A stretch of 64,000 bases of DNA, taken from contig JBLIRK010000004.1 of the NCBI GenBank assembly GCA_048569615.1, positions 4,159-68,158 on the forward strand, read 5' to 3'. The stretch is from Thermoplasmatota archaeon. Lineage in GTDB: Archaea; Thermoplasmatota; Penumbrarchaeia; Penumbrarchaeales; Penumbrarchaeaceae. A program made the position numbers and the translations under genes. Below are positions 47,486 to 57,317 of this stretch, one piece after another; the stretch's first letter is position 1; every line of letters starts with the position of its first letter. The notes below the pieces were generated by a model. That model was not told the DNA's origin, did not search any database, and saw nothing but the letters and a program-made list of their open reading frames with translations.

Positions 47486-48430
47486 TTAAAAATTACTTCT
47501 CCTAATTCTCCTGGGCTCTCCCCAGTAGACCTCATCGTCATCCTCCTCATTCCCCCCGCCATCAGGTTCTTCCCCCTCTTCTATGACGAATTCATCTTCT
47601 CCATCATCCTCCTCATCATCCTGGTCTTCCTCTCCCTCCCCTTCATCATCCCAGACCGCTTCCCATTCATCCTCCTCTATCTCATCCTCCCAGGATTCCC
47701 ATTCATCCTCGTCCTCGTCGCTCCATTCGAGCTCCCAATCGTCATCATCCCACCAGCCGCTCTCTCCGGCTCCTTCCCCGTCCGAGAGATCGATCTCGAA
47801 TTCTTCCTCCTCTTCCTCTTCTTCGTCCTCGTCCCATTCCAGCTCGGCAAGCCTGGTTCTTTTCTTTCCTCCGCCCTGTCCCGGCTTGTCCATGACCAGT
47901 GTTGCCTTCGGGATCTCCTTTTTTTGGGATTTGGACGAAGAAGTGCCATCGCCGCCCCTTCCAAACAGTGAATCACCGAAGATGGGCCCGCCTCCCTCAC
48001 TCCGTGTCATGACCGTCCTTGGGGCCCCCTGTGGATTGATGGTAACCATCGGGGGAGCGGTCCTGCTTTCCGCCGATGCAGGCCTTGGGGAGACAGAGAA
48101 ATCCGTGATCACGTTGCCATGCTCATCCCTGGGCAGTTCAGCCTTTGATTCATTGGGATCGAAATGGTATCCGCCCTCGGATCCGGGAGGTCCCACCTCC
48201 ATCTTCTCGAAGGCCCTGATCTGCTCTTTTATGAACTTCTTGAATTCCAGGGCCTTTTCGATGTCATCCGAGTAACCCAGTTTCCTCATCCCGGTGATGT
48301 ATTGTTTCTGTGAGATCTTCCCCTTCTTGTAAAGCTCCACAAGCTCCTTCTTCTTCTTGTACTTCTTGAGCTGGAGTTTCTGCTCCGCAGTCAGCTTGTT
48401 TCCACCCTGCCGGAACGGCGGCTCTCCCAT
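47486..48430 (-). CDS. Hypothetical protein with basic N-terminus and Trp-studded acidic C-terminus
   Basis: Lys-rich helical N-domain; about 110-aa D/E tract containing about 9 Trp. Confidence 0.65.
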   Translation of the reverse strand: MGEPPFRQGGNKLTAEQKLQLKKYKKKKELVELYKKGKISQKQYITGMRKLGYSDDIEKALEFKKFIKEQIRAFEKMEVGPPGSEGGYHFDPNESKAELPRDEHGNVITDFSVSPRPASAESRTAPPMVTINPQGAPRTVMTRSEGGGPIFGDSLFGRGGDGTSSSKSQKKEIPKATLVMDKPGQGGGKKRTRLAELEWDEDEEEEEEEEFEIDLSDGEGAGESGWWDDDDWELEWSDEDEDEWESWEDEIEEDEWEAVWDDEGEGEEDQDDEEDDGEDEFVIEEGEEPDGGGNEEDDDEVYWGEPRRIRRSNF

Positions 48431-48487
48431 GTCTCAATATCCGTCCATGTTCATTAAGTAATTAACGTTGTTAATATCCAAGGCCGG

Positions 48488-50035
48488 TCATTTGGGCCTT
48501 AGCTTGTCCCAGTCTCTCTTCCTTGCCTTCACCTCGAAAACCTCTTCCTCCTCCTCCCTCATCAGCTCCTCATCCCCTAAATCATACCTTCTTCTAGTGA
48601 GTGAGGATACAACCGCAATGACGATGAGGACCGCGACGATCCCGATGACGATCAGGATGGGCACGCCTCCTTCCTCGAGGATCGCATCCTTCAACGGATC
48701 ATCGGAGCCGCCGTTTTCAACCCTTCTCTCCTCGACCTTCCAGCTGCTCGTTTCAATGACGGGATCATGGAACAGGGATGAAAGCCCCGGGTAGGTGTAC
48801 GCTCCGTGAACGGTGAGTCCGATCCCGGTCCTGCTGCCGATGAGGGGTATTGACCATAGAGGGTCCCTTGGTCCGATCAGGGAGATTCCGAGGAACTGGA
48901 ACCCCGATGTTTTCTTCTCCGCATCGCTGGGAGATATGAGGTCATTGGTCCATTTCAAACCCGCGAGCCTCCCAAGTCTTGACCTGAGGTCAAGGGCTCC
49001 TTTGCCGGGCACGCTTCCTGCTACCTGGACCGGTTCCTTCACATCCTCGCTCCATACCTTTTTATCACGGTCGCCCTCGGTTGAAAGGATGATCTCAGGG
49101 TCCCCGAACAGAGCTTTCTTTTTGTTCCCCCACAGGTCCTGAACCAGATCCCGGTCCAGGGTCCTTCCGATGTGCAAGGAGAATTTGAGCATCAAGGCCG
49201 GGGCCCTGTTCCTGGGATCTATATCCCAACCGGAGATGTGATGGTCCATCTTGAGGGACAGATTGAGGTTCACAAGCTTCCGCTCCACCTGCTTGACATC
49301 CTTGTCAAGGTCCCTGTCTTCCGTACCTTCCTCGATCAGCTTGTGTTCCTGGAGGAGAACCATCTTCTCACCCTTCCCGACCTTCAGGTGGAATATGAAC
49401 TCGATCCCTTCCAGGAAGGGCTTCCTGGTATTTGCCGTGCTGACTGCGACATCCGATGTGTTCTGGAAGGTCTTGTACGTCAGGTTGCGGGCAGACAGGG
49501 TGAAGGTCCATTCCATTCCCTCCGGTGTCTGCACCGGTCTGGCGTGTCTAATGCTCCATGCGGCCACCAGGGAGCATGATTTGACGATCCTTTCGCCCTC
49601 CTGCTTCGAATCGTTCAGACTTCTTTCAGGTGCGTCAAAGGCCCGGTTTCCGTTATCATCCTGAAACTCGACCAGGCTTTCCAGTCGGTATCCCATAACG
49701 GTCCCGCTCTCGATAGGAAAGGTCCCGTTGGCCAGCTTCTCCATTCCGACGACCTCGTTTGTCCTTGTCACGATCGTTATGGGTGCCGGATTCCTTCTGT
49801 CCCCCCATATGACCAAAAGCGATGCCCGGGTCTCGAGATCCATCCTGAGGTAAGAGCCTCCGCCGAGGTCCCTTGTCTGACCCCAAGTTATCCTGTGGTC
49901 GATGACCTTCTCTTGATCGATCCTTTCGGGTGTCGAAGTGAGTGATTGGGAGCCGGCGATCGATGACAATGCCGGTAATATAACCGCAAGCAGGACTAGT
50001 AATGCTCCCCTTCTGATCAAAATCATTCTATGCAC
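48488..50035 (-). CDS. Secreted single-pass membrane protein, beta-rich
   Basis: Signal peptide, LVEFQDDNGN, KMDHHISGW, LFHDP, C-terminal TM. Confidence 0.8.
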   Translation of the reverse strand: MHRMILIRRGALLVLLAVILPALSSIAGSQSLTSTPERIDQEKVIDHRITWGQTRDLGGGSYLRMDLETRASLLVIWGDRRNPAPITIVTRTNEVVGMEKLANGTFPIESGTVMGYRLESLVEFQDDNGNRAFDAPERSLNDSKQEGERIVKSCSLVAAWSIRHARPVQTPEGMEWTFTLSARNLTYKTFQNTSDVAVSTANTRKPFLEGIEFIFHLKVGKGEKMVLLQEHKLIEEGTEDRDLDKDVKQVERKLVNLNLSLKMDHHISGWDIDPRNRAPALMLKFSLHIGRTLDRDLVQDLWGNKKKALFGDPEIILSTEGDRDKKVWSEDVKEPVQVAGSVPGKGALDLRSRLGRLAGLKWTNDLISPSDAEKKTSGFQFLGISLIGPRDPLWSIPLIGSRTGIGLTVHGAYTYPGLSSLFHDPVIETSSWKVEERRVENGGSDDPLKDAILEEGGVPILIVIGIVAVLIVIAVVSSLTRRRYDLGDEELMREEEEEVFEVKARKRDWDKLRPK

Positions 50036-50128
50036 CTGGTATTTCCGAATTATGCAATACAGGGGGCAGGTTCACCGCCCCCTGTATAATTCGAAGGAGG
50101 ATATACTTTTAAGTTACCCATCCAAATA

Positions 50129-51580
50129 TCACAGGCTCTGGTCATTCACCTCAACAGAGCCTTTATTGCCTGCTCGATCGGTTACGGGCCTGTCCTGCTG
50201 TTTCTCTTCGATAACGTTGCTGTTTTCCGAATTTCTCTCTTGATCTTTTCGCGTTATTTCACTATCTTCGGTGTTGTCGTGCCTCCTTTCCGGCCGGTTT
50301 CTGTCCGGGGTCCTGTATTCTGTCCTGTCCTCCCGGAGCACCTTTTCTGGGATCCCGTCCGAATTCCTGTCGATCCATTTGAAGAGTGCAGTTTTAATCA
50401 TCATGAGGTCCCACCTTCCGTCGGAATCCCTGTCCCAAACAGTTATCCCCTTTCGGTGGAATTTGACCAGTTCGGGATTTCGGTCCCCGTTCCTGTCGTA
50501 GTATGCCAGGGTTGTTCGGGCCTTCAATGTCACTTCCGGGAAGCCGTCGGAGTCGCTGTCATGTGCCCTGAAGCGGTTCATGTTGATCCCGAAATGGTCC
50601 GGGGAGCCGTTTCCGTCGTCGTCCTTCCATATTCCCGCAAGGGAATACGATGTTGAGAATTCGGGACTGCCGTCCGAATCCCTGTCGAAGTACCTGGACC
50701 TTGAGATCCTTGCATGGATGGAATCGTAGAGAGGACGGCCGAAGAGATCCGCCCTCCTGTAATCGGCCTTCTCCGTTGTCCTTATCTCGGTGCATCCGTC
50801 GCCGTTCAAATCCATCCATGTATGTTTTGAAGTTCCGAAACCCTCGTATTCCCGATCCCCGTCATCATCCAGGTCCAGAACCGTTCCCGTCCAGGAGAAT
50901 CCCTTCTGAAATTCGAAGGAGCCGTCCGGGTTCAGGTCCGTGTAAACCTTTCTAATAACCCTCAGTATGATGGTCTCGGGGATCTTGTCACCGTCCTTGT
51001 CGAGATAATAGAGTGTGAATCCGCCGTACATCCCGTAGGTAGAGGATTGGAGCTTGCTGAGATGGTCATCGGAAAGTTCCGCTTCCAGGTTCGAAATGTT
51101 CACCTCGGCATAGGAAAGGTTTGCAGACCTATTATGGTGGTGCCAGATAACAAGCTCGGCTATTCCGTCACCGTTCCTGTCTACGATCCTCGCCTCCCCG
51201 GTGGCATTGATCCTGGGAAGTGCATCGTACATCCATTCTCCCGATGAGTTCGCGGTGAAGATGGTCTTCACGGAGGGGAGCTCCTCCCAGTTCGAATGTT
51301 TCGAGATGAAATCCACGGTCAGATAATGATAGACCCTCCTTGCAAGTCCGCTGAAGGGCGGGTCCGTGGAAGGATCAGTTCCCGCATACGGGTCCAGATC
51401 CCCATCGAAGCTCCCATTCCGATTATCCTCCAGGAACTCATCTACCAGCCCATCATCAAGCATCTCTTCCATCTCGTAGCCGTTCCCACTTTCATCCGTT
51501 TCCAGACCGGCGGCCGTCGAGACGGCGATCAAGGCGATCACCGCACCAACGACACAGGCGGTCAAAGTCATTCCTTTCAT
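50129..51580 (-). CDS. Secreted protein with tandem 21-aa DxDxDG repeats
   Basis: AAGGAGG RBS before MKGMTL, signal peptide, 11 tandem repeats. Confidence 0.8.
   Translation of the reverse strand: MKGMTLTACVVGAVIALIAVSTAAGLETDESGNGYEMEEMLDDGLVDEFLEDNRNGSFDGDLDPYAGTDPSTDPPFSGLARRVYHYLTVDFISKHSNWEELPSVKTIFTANSSGEWMYDALPRINATGEARIVDRNGDGIAELVIWHHHNRSANLSYAEVNISNLEAELSDDHLSKLQSSTYGMYGGFTLYYLDKDGDKIPETIILRVIRKVYTDLNPDGSFEFQKGFSWTGTVLDLDDDGDREYEGFGTSKHTWMDLNGDGCTEIRTTEKADYRRADLFGRPLYDSIHARISRSRYFDRDSDGSPEFSTSYSLAGIWKDDDGNGSPDHFGINMNRFRAHDSDSDGFPEVTLKARTTLAYYDRNGDRNPELVKFHRKGITVWDRDSDGRWDLMMIKTALFKWIDRNSDGIPEKVLREDRTEYRTPDRNRPERRHDNTEDSEITRKDQERNSENSNVIEEKQQDRPVTDRAGNKGSVEVNDQSL
50309..51001 (-). 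repeat. 11 x 63-bp (21-aa) protein repeat
   Basis: DKDGDKIPE, DLNPDGSFE, DLDDDGDRE, DLNGDGCTE, DLFGRPLYD, DRDSDGSPE, DDDGNGSPD, DSDSDGFPE, DRNGDRNPE, DRDSDGRWD and DRNSDGIPE occur at exact 21-residue spacing. Confidence 0.9.
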
Positions 51581-51694
51581 TTCTGCAGCCTCCTTAGGAG
51601 GTCCCTGCCTCCTTGAAATGAAGACCGCCTGCCGGGTCATATATAAAGTCGGAGCAGAAATTCAGCAAATCTATCAAAACAGGGAGTCCATCTA

Positions 51695-54673
51695 TCAGAT
51701 ATGACTTCCTTCCAGGAGCACCCTGTTCTCTTCCAGGACTTCCTTGACCTTCCTTAAGTCGAAGGCCGGGAGTTGATCGTCCATGTCCGAGAGGGACCTT
51801 TCGTATTCGCATATGACCTTCCTGCACTCCCTGAAGAGCTCCCTTGCCCGTTTCCTGTTCCCGGTGTCTCGGAAGTGTATACCCCCGCTGAGGAGCGAAT
51901 GGATCGCTCCCTCGTATGCATAATGGAATCCTGAGACATCCGCTTCCTCCGCTCCCATTTCCCTTTTAAGGGCGGTGATCAGATCCCTGCAGGCGGATAT
52001 GAGTTCCATTAACAGTTCTCCTTTCATATCCTTGGCTCTTCCTTTCGTATAAGGAAAGCCCCCATTCTCCACAAATGAACCCGCTTTTTTCTGACCTATC
52101 TTTTGAAGCAGCTCCAATTCTTCTTCCAGGAGCTGGGTCTTCAACATGTATATCTCACTTGATCCGGAAGCAGACCCCTCCATTTCAGCTGGCGGTTCCT
52201 TGGAACTTCCCCTGAAGTGACCCTCGAGATGCAGGGCTGCCTCCTTCACACATTTTAGGATGAGTTCCGGCTGTGCGATTCCCTCAATCTCCTTGATGAC
52301 CTTCAGAATGCCCTTCACGGCCATCGTACGGTCCCGCTCCCCCACATGGGAGCAGAGTTTCAGGAAGGACCGGACCCTCTGTTCCTCCAGGAAGTCCCCC
52401 TCTATCTCGATCCTCTCGATTTCCACCATCAACATCAATCTGGGATCCGAGATGGATGAAGACACATCCCATGCCCGGTTCAGGAACATACTGGCCCTGC
52501 CCTCCTTTCCAAGAGCGGAAGCAGACCTGCTTGCCTGGAGGCAGGCGTGGACCTCGCCTATCCTGTCCAGCTCCGCTTCATAATCGGAGGCGCTCTTTAT
52601 TGATTCTTTGAGGGCGCCCTCGAAATCTCCATTCTGATAAAGGGCCTTTGCAAGGTGAAGTCTTTCCTTCGCCGCGGCTTTCCTGTCCTCCATCCTCTGA
52701 TAGGTGCTGAGGGCCTCGTTGTGGGACAGGATGGTCTGGTCGTATCGCTTCTCTGCCTTGGATATCCTTCCCTTGATGTGCTGGATCAATGCCCTGTCCC
52801 CTCCACCGATCTTGGCCAGGGGATAAGTGGCCTCTATGAGTTCCAGGGTGGAAGAGGATGTCGAATAGTTGCCTTCCATGGCCTCGACGTAGGCCCTGCG
52901 GACCCTAAGTTTGAACAAGTGGTCATCCGAGAGCTTGGACCTTTCAAGCCTCATGAATGATCCGAGCAGGGCCTTGCCTCTGCCCTTTCCCGTCGACTTG
53001 GAGAGGCTGGTAAGGATATTGAGGGCGAATCCCTTTCTGCCGATATCGACAAGGACCGCCACAAGACTGTCCAAATAGCGCTGGAAAAGCTCCCTGAGGC
53101 CCGGCTCATCCTCATAGGCCGTCGTGGAGAAATGGTCGCTTATCCTGGATAGAATGAATTTTGGCGTCCTCATCTCATTCTCCATGAGGTCCGGTGCCAG
53201 CAGCTCTGGTCCGTCGGCCCATACCCTGAGGGAGACGGCTGTCTTGTAGGATACGACATCCTTCAGCATTTCATCTCTCTCCTCCTGGGATATCGAGCTT
53301 AAGATATGGTCGGAGATCAGATCGTGCACGAAAAGCAGGCTGCCCGAAACCTCCTTTAAAAGACCCTTCCTCTTTAGTATGTCCAGGTCCTCGGGGGGCA
53401 TCCTTGTCATAAGAGATCTGTGGACAGGAAGACCGGCCAGGGAAGCCGCGCTGAGCCCTTTCTTTTGATGCTGGGGCAGAACCGACAGGACCTCCTTCTC
53501 CAGGAACTCGCCGAACCGTGACCTTGCTCCTATCTCGAGGGAGGATGTGAACAGCTCTATGAAGAGAGGATGCCCCTTCGTAATCTCCCAGATGGATCCT
53601 ATATCCCCGCTCTTTCCCTGCTCCTTGAGCATCATAGCCACTGCCTGAGGCTCCAATCCCTTGAGCTGGAGCGACCTCATGTTGTCGTGAAGTTCGAACC
53701 TGGGGTCGAGGAAGGAAGGCCTCTCCCTGGTAAGCAGGACCACCTTCAATCCGGGGGTTTCCATGGATGTCCTGCATAATCCCTCGACATAGATGTCGAT
53801 GCCTCCCCCTGTTTTTTGAAGATCGTCGATCACAATGACCATATCTCTGTTTTTCCGTGAGGCTCCTTTTATGGACCTTGACAGTTGGCCCGGGGTTACC
53901 TCTCCCCCGGAAAGCTCCTGGGATTCCTCCTCCATCCCCATCTGGAGGAGAAGTGAGGAGAGCTCGTTTACAAACTCGATCCTGTCGGTCCAGGGTTCGC
54001 ATCTGATGTAGGCGCACCTCTTCCTTGATTCTGACAGGCTCTTGAGTATTAGTGACGTCTTTCCGATGCCTGCAAGCCCCCATATCACAAGTACTCCCGC
54101 CCTAGAGAGAAGGAAACCGTTCACAGCCTCGATCTCCTTCTCCCTTCCGTAGAAATGCAATGGCATCTGAAAATTACCGAGAAGCCCCTCTTCGCCCCCG
54201 TAGGAAAGAAGGTCAGGGGACAGGTCTAATGGGAGCTCCCTGTTCCTTCCCTGGAGGTATATCTCTGCAAGCGTCATGGAAGCCCCGACCTCCTTTGCTT
54301 TTTTCTTTGCAGAGGGTAAGGACATCCTGATCAATTCCCCGTCCGTGAGCACTTCCACCGAAAGGTTTTCCAGTCTTTCCTTGATCCGCGAGACCTGCTC
54401 TTCTCCAATCCGGGTTAGAAAATAGGCCTTCTGCCTCCTCTTCTCACCCTTCACATGCTTCAGTTCGGACCTTACCATTCCTTCCCTTAACAGCCTTTTC
54501 AAGGACCGCGAGACGTTGTTCTCCAGGATGTCCATTCTCCTTGAAATCCCCTTCTGGGTGACCTCAGGCGGTACATCCCAGAGCTCCCTTAGAGCTGAGA
54601 ATTCCGAAATGAAGAGCAGTATCTTCTCGTCCGAATGCAGTTTCTTCGTTCTACCCGGTCCCAATCGGGCCAC
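51695..54673 (-). CDS. STAND-like P-loop NTPase with N-terminal wHTH and C-terminal TPR-like repeats
   Basis: TQKGISRRMDI..NNVSRSLKRL HTH; FYGREKE; GLAGIGKT; IVIDD; TKGHPL (GxP); HDLI; helical repeats. Confidence 0.85.
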   Translation of the reverse strand: MARLGPGRTKKLHSDEKILLFISEFSALRELWDVPPEVTQKGISRRMDILENNVSRSLKRLLREGMVRSELKHVKGEKRRQKAYFLTRIGEEQVSRIKERLENLSVEVLTDGELIRMSLPSAKKKAKEVGASMTLAEIYLQGRNRELPLDLSPDLLSYGGEEGLLGNFQMPLHFYGREKEIEAVNGFLLSRAGVLVIWGLAGIGKTSLILKSLSESRKRCAYIRCEPWTDRIEFVNELSSLLLQMGMEEESQELSGGEVTPGQLSRSIKGASRKNRDMVIVIDDLQKTGGGIDIYVEGLCRTSMETPGLKVVLLTRERPSFLDPRFELHDNMRSLQLKGLEPQAVAMMLKEQGKSGDIGSIWEITKGHPLFIELFTSSLEIGARSRFGEFLEKEVLSVLPQHQKKGLSAASLAGLPVHRSLMTRMPPEDLDILKRKGLLKEVSGSLLFVHDLISDHILSSISQEERDEMLKDVVSYKTAVSLRVWADGPELLAPDLMENEMRTPKFILSRISDHFSTTAYEDEPGLRELFQRYLDSLVAVLVDIGRKGFALNILTSLSKSTGKGRGKALLGSFMRLERSKLSDDHLFKLRVRRAYVEAMEGNYSTSSSTLELIEATYPLAKIGGGDRALIQHIKGRISKAEKRYDQTILSHNEALSTYQRMEDRKAAAKERLHLAKALYQNGDFEGALKESIKSASDYEAELDRIGEVHACLQASRSASALGKEGRASMFLNRAWDVSSSISDPRLMLMVEIERIEIEGDFLEEQRVRSFLKLCSHVGERDRTMAVKGILKVIKEIEGIAQPELILKCVKEAALHLEGHFRGSSKEPPAEMEGSASGSSEIYMLKTQLLEEELELLQKIGQKKAGSFVENGGFPYTKGRAKDMKGELLMELISACRDLITALKREMGAEEADVSGFHYAYEGAIHSLLSGGIHFRDTGNRKRARELFRECRKVICEYERSLSDMDDQLPAFDLRKVKEVLEENRVLLEGSHI

Positions 54674-54868
54674 CCCTGTCGGAGATGAGAGCTGGATATG
54701 TCCTCCCTTCAGTGTTGTTTTTACTTATTATAATGCTTCCCGCAATTCTCTCCGATACAATCCTGTCAATACTTGTACAAGACCCGGGGAGGTCCCAAAT
54801 ACCATATATATCCCTTTGCCTTCTTATCTAGTGGATGATATAGCTCTGAATAGGAAGGGTGAGGATAA

Positions 54869-55438
54869 TTGAATGATGATGGCCTCCTTTCACTGTTTGG
54901 CGGTGATATAAAGGGATACGTTGTCAACCCCGTCACCGACAGCTCCATTCCTAGAAAGGACCTGATGAACTTCTACATCTCCCTCTGTATGAAGATATCC
55001 AAGGGAGCCCACGATGCGAGAACCATAGAGTTCCTCGGAATAGTGATCAGGCTTCTCGAGGTGCCGAGGGACATCCATAACGAGATCATCCACGAGATGA
55101 GACATACGACCCTTCCGATGGATCATATCGAGGTCAGGTCATATGTCGTCGATGAGGTGAAGAGGATATCCGAGTACAATCGGAGCATAGGCGTTCATCC
55201 CCCATCCCCCGAGAAGTTGATCCCGGAGGAGAAACCACCTGTGGAAAGAAAGATATCCTCCGGCGGCGGAACCTCAGATATCCTAGAACTGGAATCGGGT
55301 TCTCTCACCGAGCAGATGGAGAAGGACAGCGTGGGAGAGATGGGATTTGGATCTACGTTCTCCAACGATTATGTAATAAACGAATCCCACAGCATCTTCG
55401 ACGGCCCTAGAAGGCCGTCAGACAAGAGAACGAAGTAA
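54869..55438 (+). CDS. Hypothetical protein
   Basis: GGGTGAGG RBS before a TTG start; helical N-domain with a disordered tail. Confidence 0.65.
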   Translation: MNDDGLLSLFGGDIKGYVVNPVTDSSIPRKDLMNFYISLCMKISKGAHDARTIEFLGIVIRLLEVPRDIHNEIIHEMRHTTLPMDHIEVRSYVVDEVKRISEYNRSIGVHPPSPEKLIPEEKPPVERKISSGGGTSDILELESGSLTEQMEKDSVGEMGFGSTFSNDYVINESHSIFDGPRRPSDKRTK

Positions 55439-56272
55439 CTCCAGGTCCTGTCTGTAACCATCCTCCCCGCCGGGTGTTTCCAGCACGGCGGGTATGCTTT
55501 TCAGCCTTTCATCCCTCATCAGATGTCGAAATCCCTCGGCTCCTATCATACCCTTTCCGATGCTGGTATGCCTGTCTCTCCTTGATCCCAATTCCCCTGA
55601 GGCATCATTCAGATGGATTCCCTTCAATTTTAAGAGGCTGACCGAAGCATCGAGCTCTTCAAGGGTATTGTGGTAGGCCTCCTCTTCCCGAATATCGTAA
55701 CCGGCAGCAAAACCGTGGCATGTATCGAAGCAGATCCCGAGCCTTTCAGAGTACGAGGACACATCCATTATCTGTGATAGCTGGCGTAGATCATAGCCGA
55801 GGTTCGTCCCCTGCCCCGCCGTGTTCTCGAGTAGAACGGTGACGGATATATTTCCGCTATCTCGGCGATCAACGAAGGAGAATGCCTCGTCGATACCGGA
55901 AGCGATCCTCTTCAATCCCCACTTTTCTCCTCCCCCAAGATGGGATCCGGGGTGTGCCACAAGCAAGTGTATCCCGAGCCGGGAACATCTGGAAATTTCG
56001 TCGGCCAGGGCTTCCCATGATCTTGTGAAGACCGCATCATTGGGGCTCCCTAGATTGATCAGATAGGAATCGTGGGCCATGACAGGTCCCAGGTCGGCAG
56101 CCCCAAGCTCCGATATGAACCTCCCCGCCTCATCTTCTGGGATGGGAGGAGCCTCCCACTGACGTTGGTTCTTGGTGAATATCTGGAAGGTTACCAATCC
56201 GAGGTCCGTGGCCCGGGCTACACTTCTGCTGATTCCCCCGGATATGCTGACGTGGGCTCCAAGGACCACCAC
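55418..56272 (-). CDS. nfo: Endonuclease IV
   Basis: GAHVSISGG, QIFTKNQRQW, HDSYLINLGS, HPGSH, ENTAGQG, DTCH, HLND, DRH, LETP. Start reassigned to GTG after AGGAGG. Confidence 0.95.
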   Translation of the reverse strand: MVVLGAHVSISGGISRSVARATDLGLVTFQIFTKNQRQWEAPPIPEDEAGRFISELGAADLGPVMAHDSYLINLGSPNDAVFTRSWEALADEISRCSRLGIHLLVAHPGSHLGGGEKWGLKRIASGIDEAFSFVDRRDSGNISVTVLLENTAGQGTNLGYDLRQLSQIMDVSSYSERLGICFDTCHGFAAGYDIREEEAYHNTLEELDASVSLLKLKGIHLNDASGELGSRRDRHTSIGKGMIGAEGFRHLMRDERLKSIPAVLETPGGEDGYRQDLELLRSLV

Positions 56273-56292
56273 GTCACAGCCCTCCTTCTGTT

Positions 56293-56451
56293 TCAGATCT
56301 TCTCGAACATATCCTTGCCGACGCCGCAGACCGGGCACTGCCATTCATCGGGCAGTTCCTCGAATGGGGTTCCGGGCTCGATGTCCCCGTCTTCATCTCC
56401 TTTCACTGGATCATATATGTATCCACACGCAATGCATCTCCATTTGTCCAT
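56293..56451 (-). CDS. Rubredoxin (52 aa, absent from the ORF track)
   Basis: Hand translation: [52 protein letters not shown]; GGGGTG RBS. Confidence 0.96.
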   Translation of the reverse strand: MDKWRCIACGYIYDPVKGDEDGDIEPGTPFEELPDEWQCPVCGVGKDMFEKI

Positions 56452-56502
56452 TGTAATTCACCCCGTGACTGAGAGGTCCGTCGGTAATCATCCACTATGT
56501 TT

Positions 56503-57270
56503 TTATTCTTTCTCCCGGGTCACAGCGGCCTGTTTGATCACCTCAAGGGCCCTATCCAGGACCCTGATGTTATCGAAACCTTTTACCAGCGTTTCCCATT
56601 CGGTCTGGACCTCGTGCCCCGTCTCAGCATCCAATGCTTCCTTTAAAAGGGATATCATATTGGGAAGGGCCCTTGTGATGTTGTCAACCAAGGTGATGTC
56701 CGCGGTGCGGGATGTCCTTGATAGAGGATTGAGATCTATGGTGATGACCTTCTTTCCCATTGCCTTGAGGGCCTGGCATCGGTCACCGTCCTCGAGGGGA
56801 ACGAGGATGACGTCCGCTTTGAAGATGCCTTCGTCACAGCAGAGGGCCCTGGCGTGATCCAGGCCCGGCATCCTCCGGTCCGGCTCCAGGCCGAGGACTT
56901 TGGTGCATCCGTTCTCCATAAGGTGTTCAACGAGCTTTCCGACGCGCTCGTCGGTCCTGTGGAAGATATTGACCTCGCAGGGGCATTCAAGCAGCCCTGA
57001 TAATTCGGCGATCTCGGAGGCGGACAGCGCACCGACGTTCCCGTTTACGGAGATAACTGGTCTGTTCGCCTTCAATAGATGATAACAGGCAGCCTTTTCA
57101 GCTTCAAGCGCTTCGGGTAGGGTCCGCTCACCAAGAAGATAATCGAACGCTTCCCCCCTGCCATGGGCGATCAGGCCTTGCGTGGCGACCAAGCCCTTTC
57201 TCCATCCATCCACAAGCTTGTCCCTAGTTGCAAGCGAAACATATCTCGGGTGGCTCCTTGGAACTGTCAT
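56503..57270 (-). CDS. pps: Archaeal 4-phosphopantoate--beta-alanine ligase (phosphopantothenate synthetase)
   Basis: SHPRY.SL, GLIAHGRGEAFDYLLGE, PVISVNGN, VPLEDGDR, IDLNPLSRT, DNITRA. Confidence 0.93.
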   Translation of the reverse strand: MTVPRSHPRYVSLATRDKLVDGWRKGLVATQGLIAHGRGEAFDYLLGERTLPEALEAEKAACYHLLKANRPVISVNGNVGALSASEIAELSGLLECPCEVNIFHRTDERVGKLVEHLMENGCTKVLGLEPDRRMPGLDHARALCCDEGIFKADVILVPLEDGDRCQALKAMGKKVITIDLNPLSRTSRTADITLVDNITRALPNMISLLKEALDAETGHEVQTEWETLVKGFDNIRVLDRALEVIKQAAVTREKE

Positions 57271-57317
57271 GATCTCGTATCCAAAAAGGATTACATCTAT
57301 TATGACCTTTCACCACC

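Noticed and set aside
47474-48275. Ser-rich and Leu/Ile/Phe-rich + strand ORFs (similar ones at 58178-59128 and 63125-63465)
   Set aside because: They are antisense or frame shadows of acidic low-complexity coding tracts.
56273-56344. N-terminal extension of nfo
   Set aside because: It overlaps the rubredoxin gene; an RBS supports the start at 56272.
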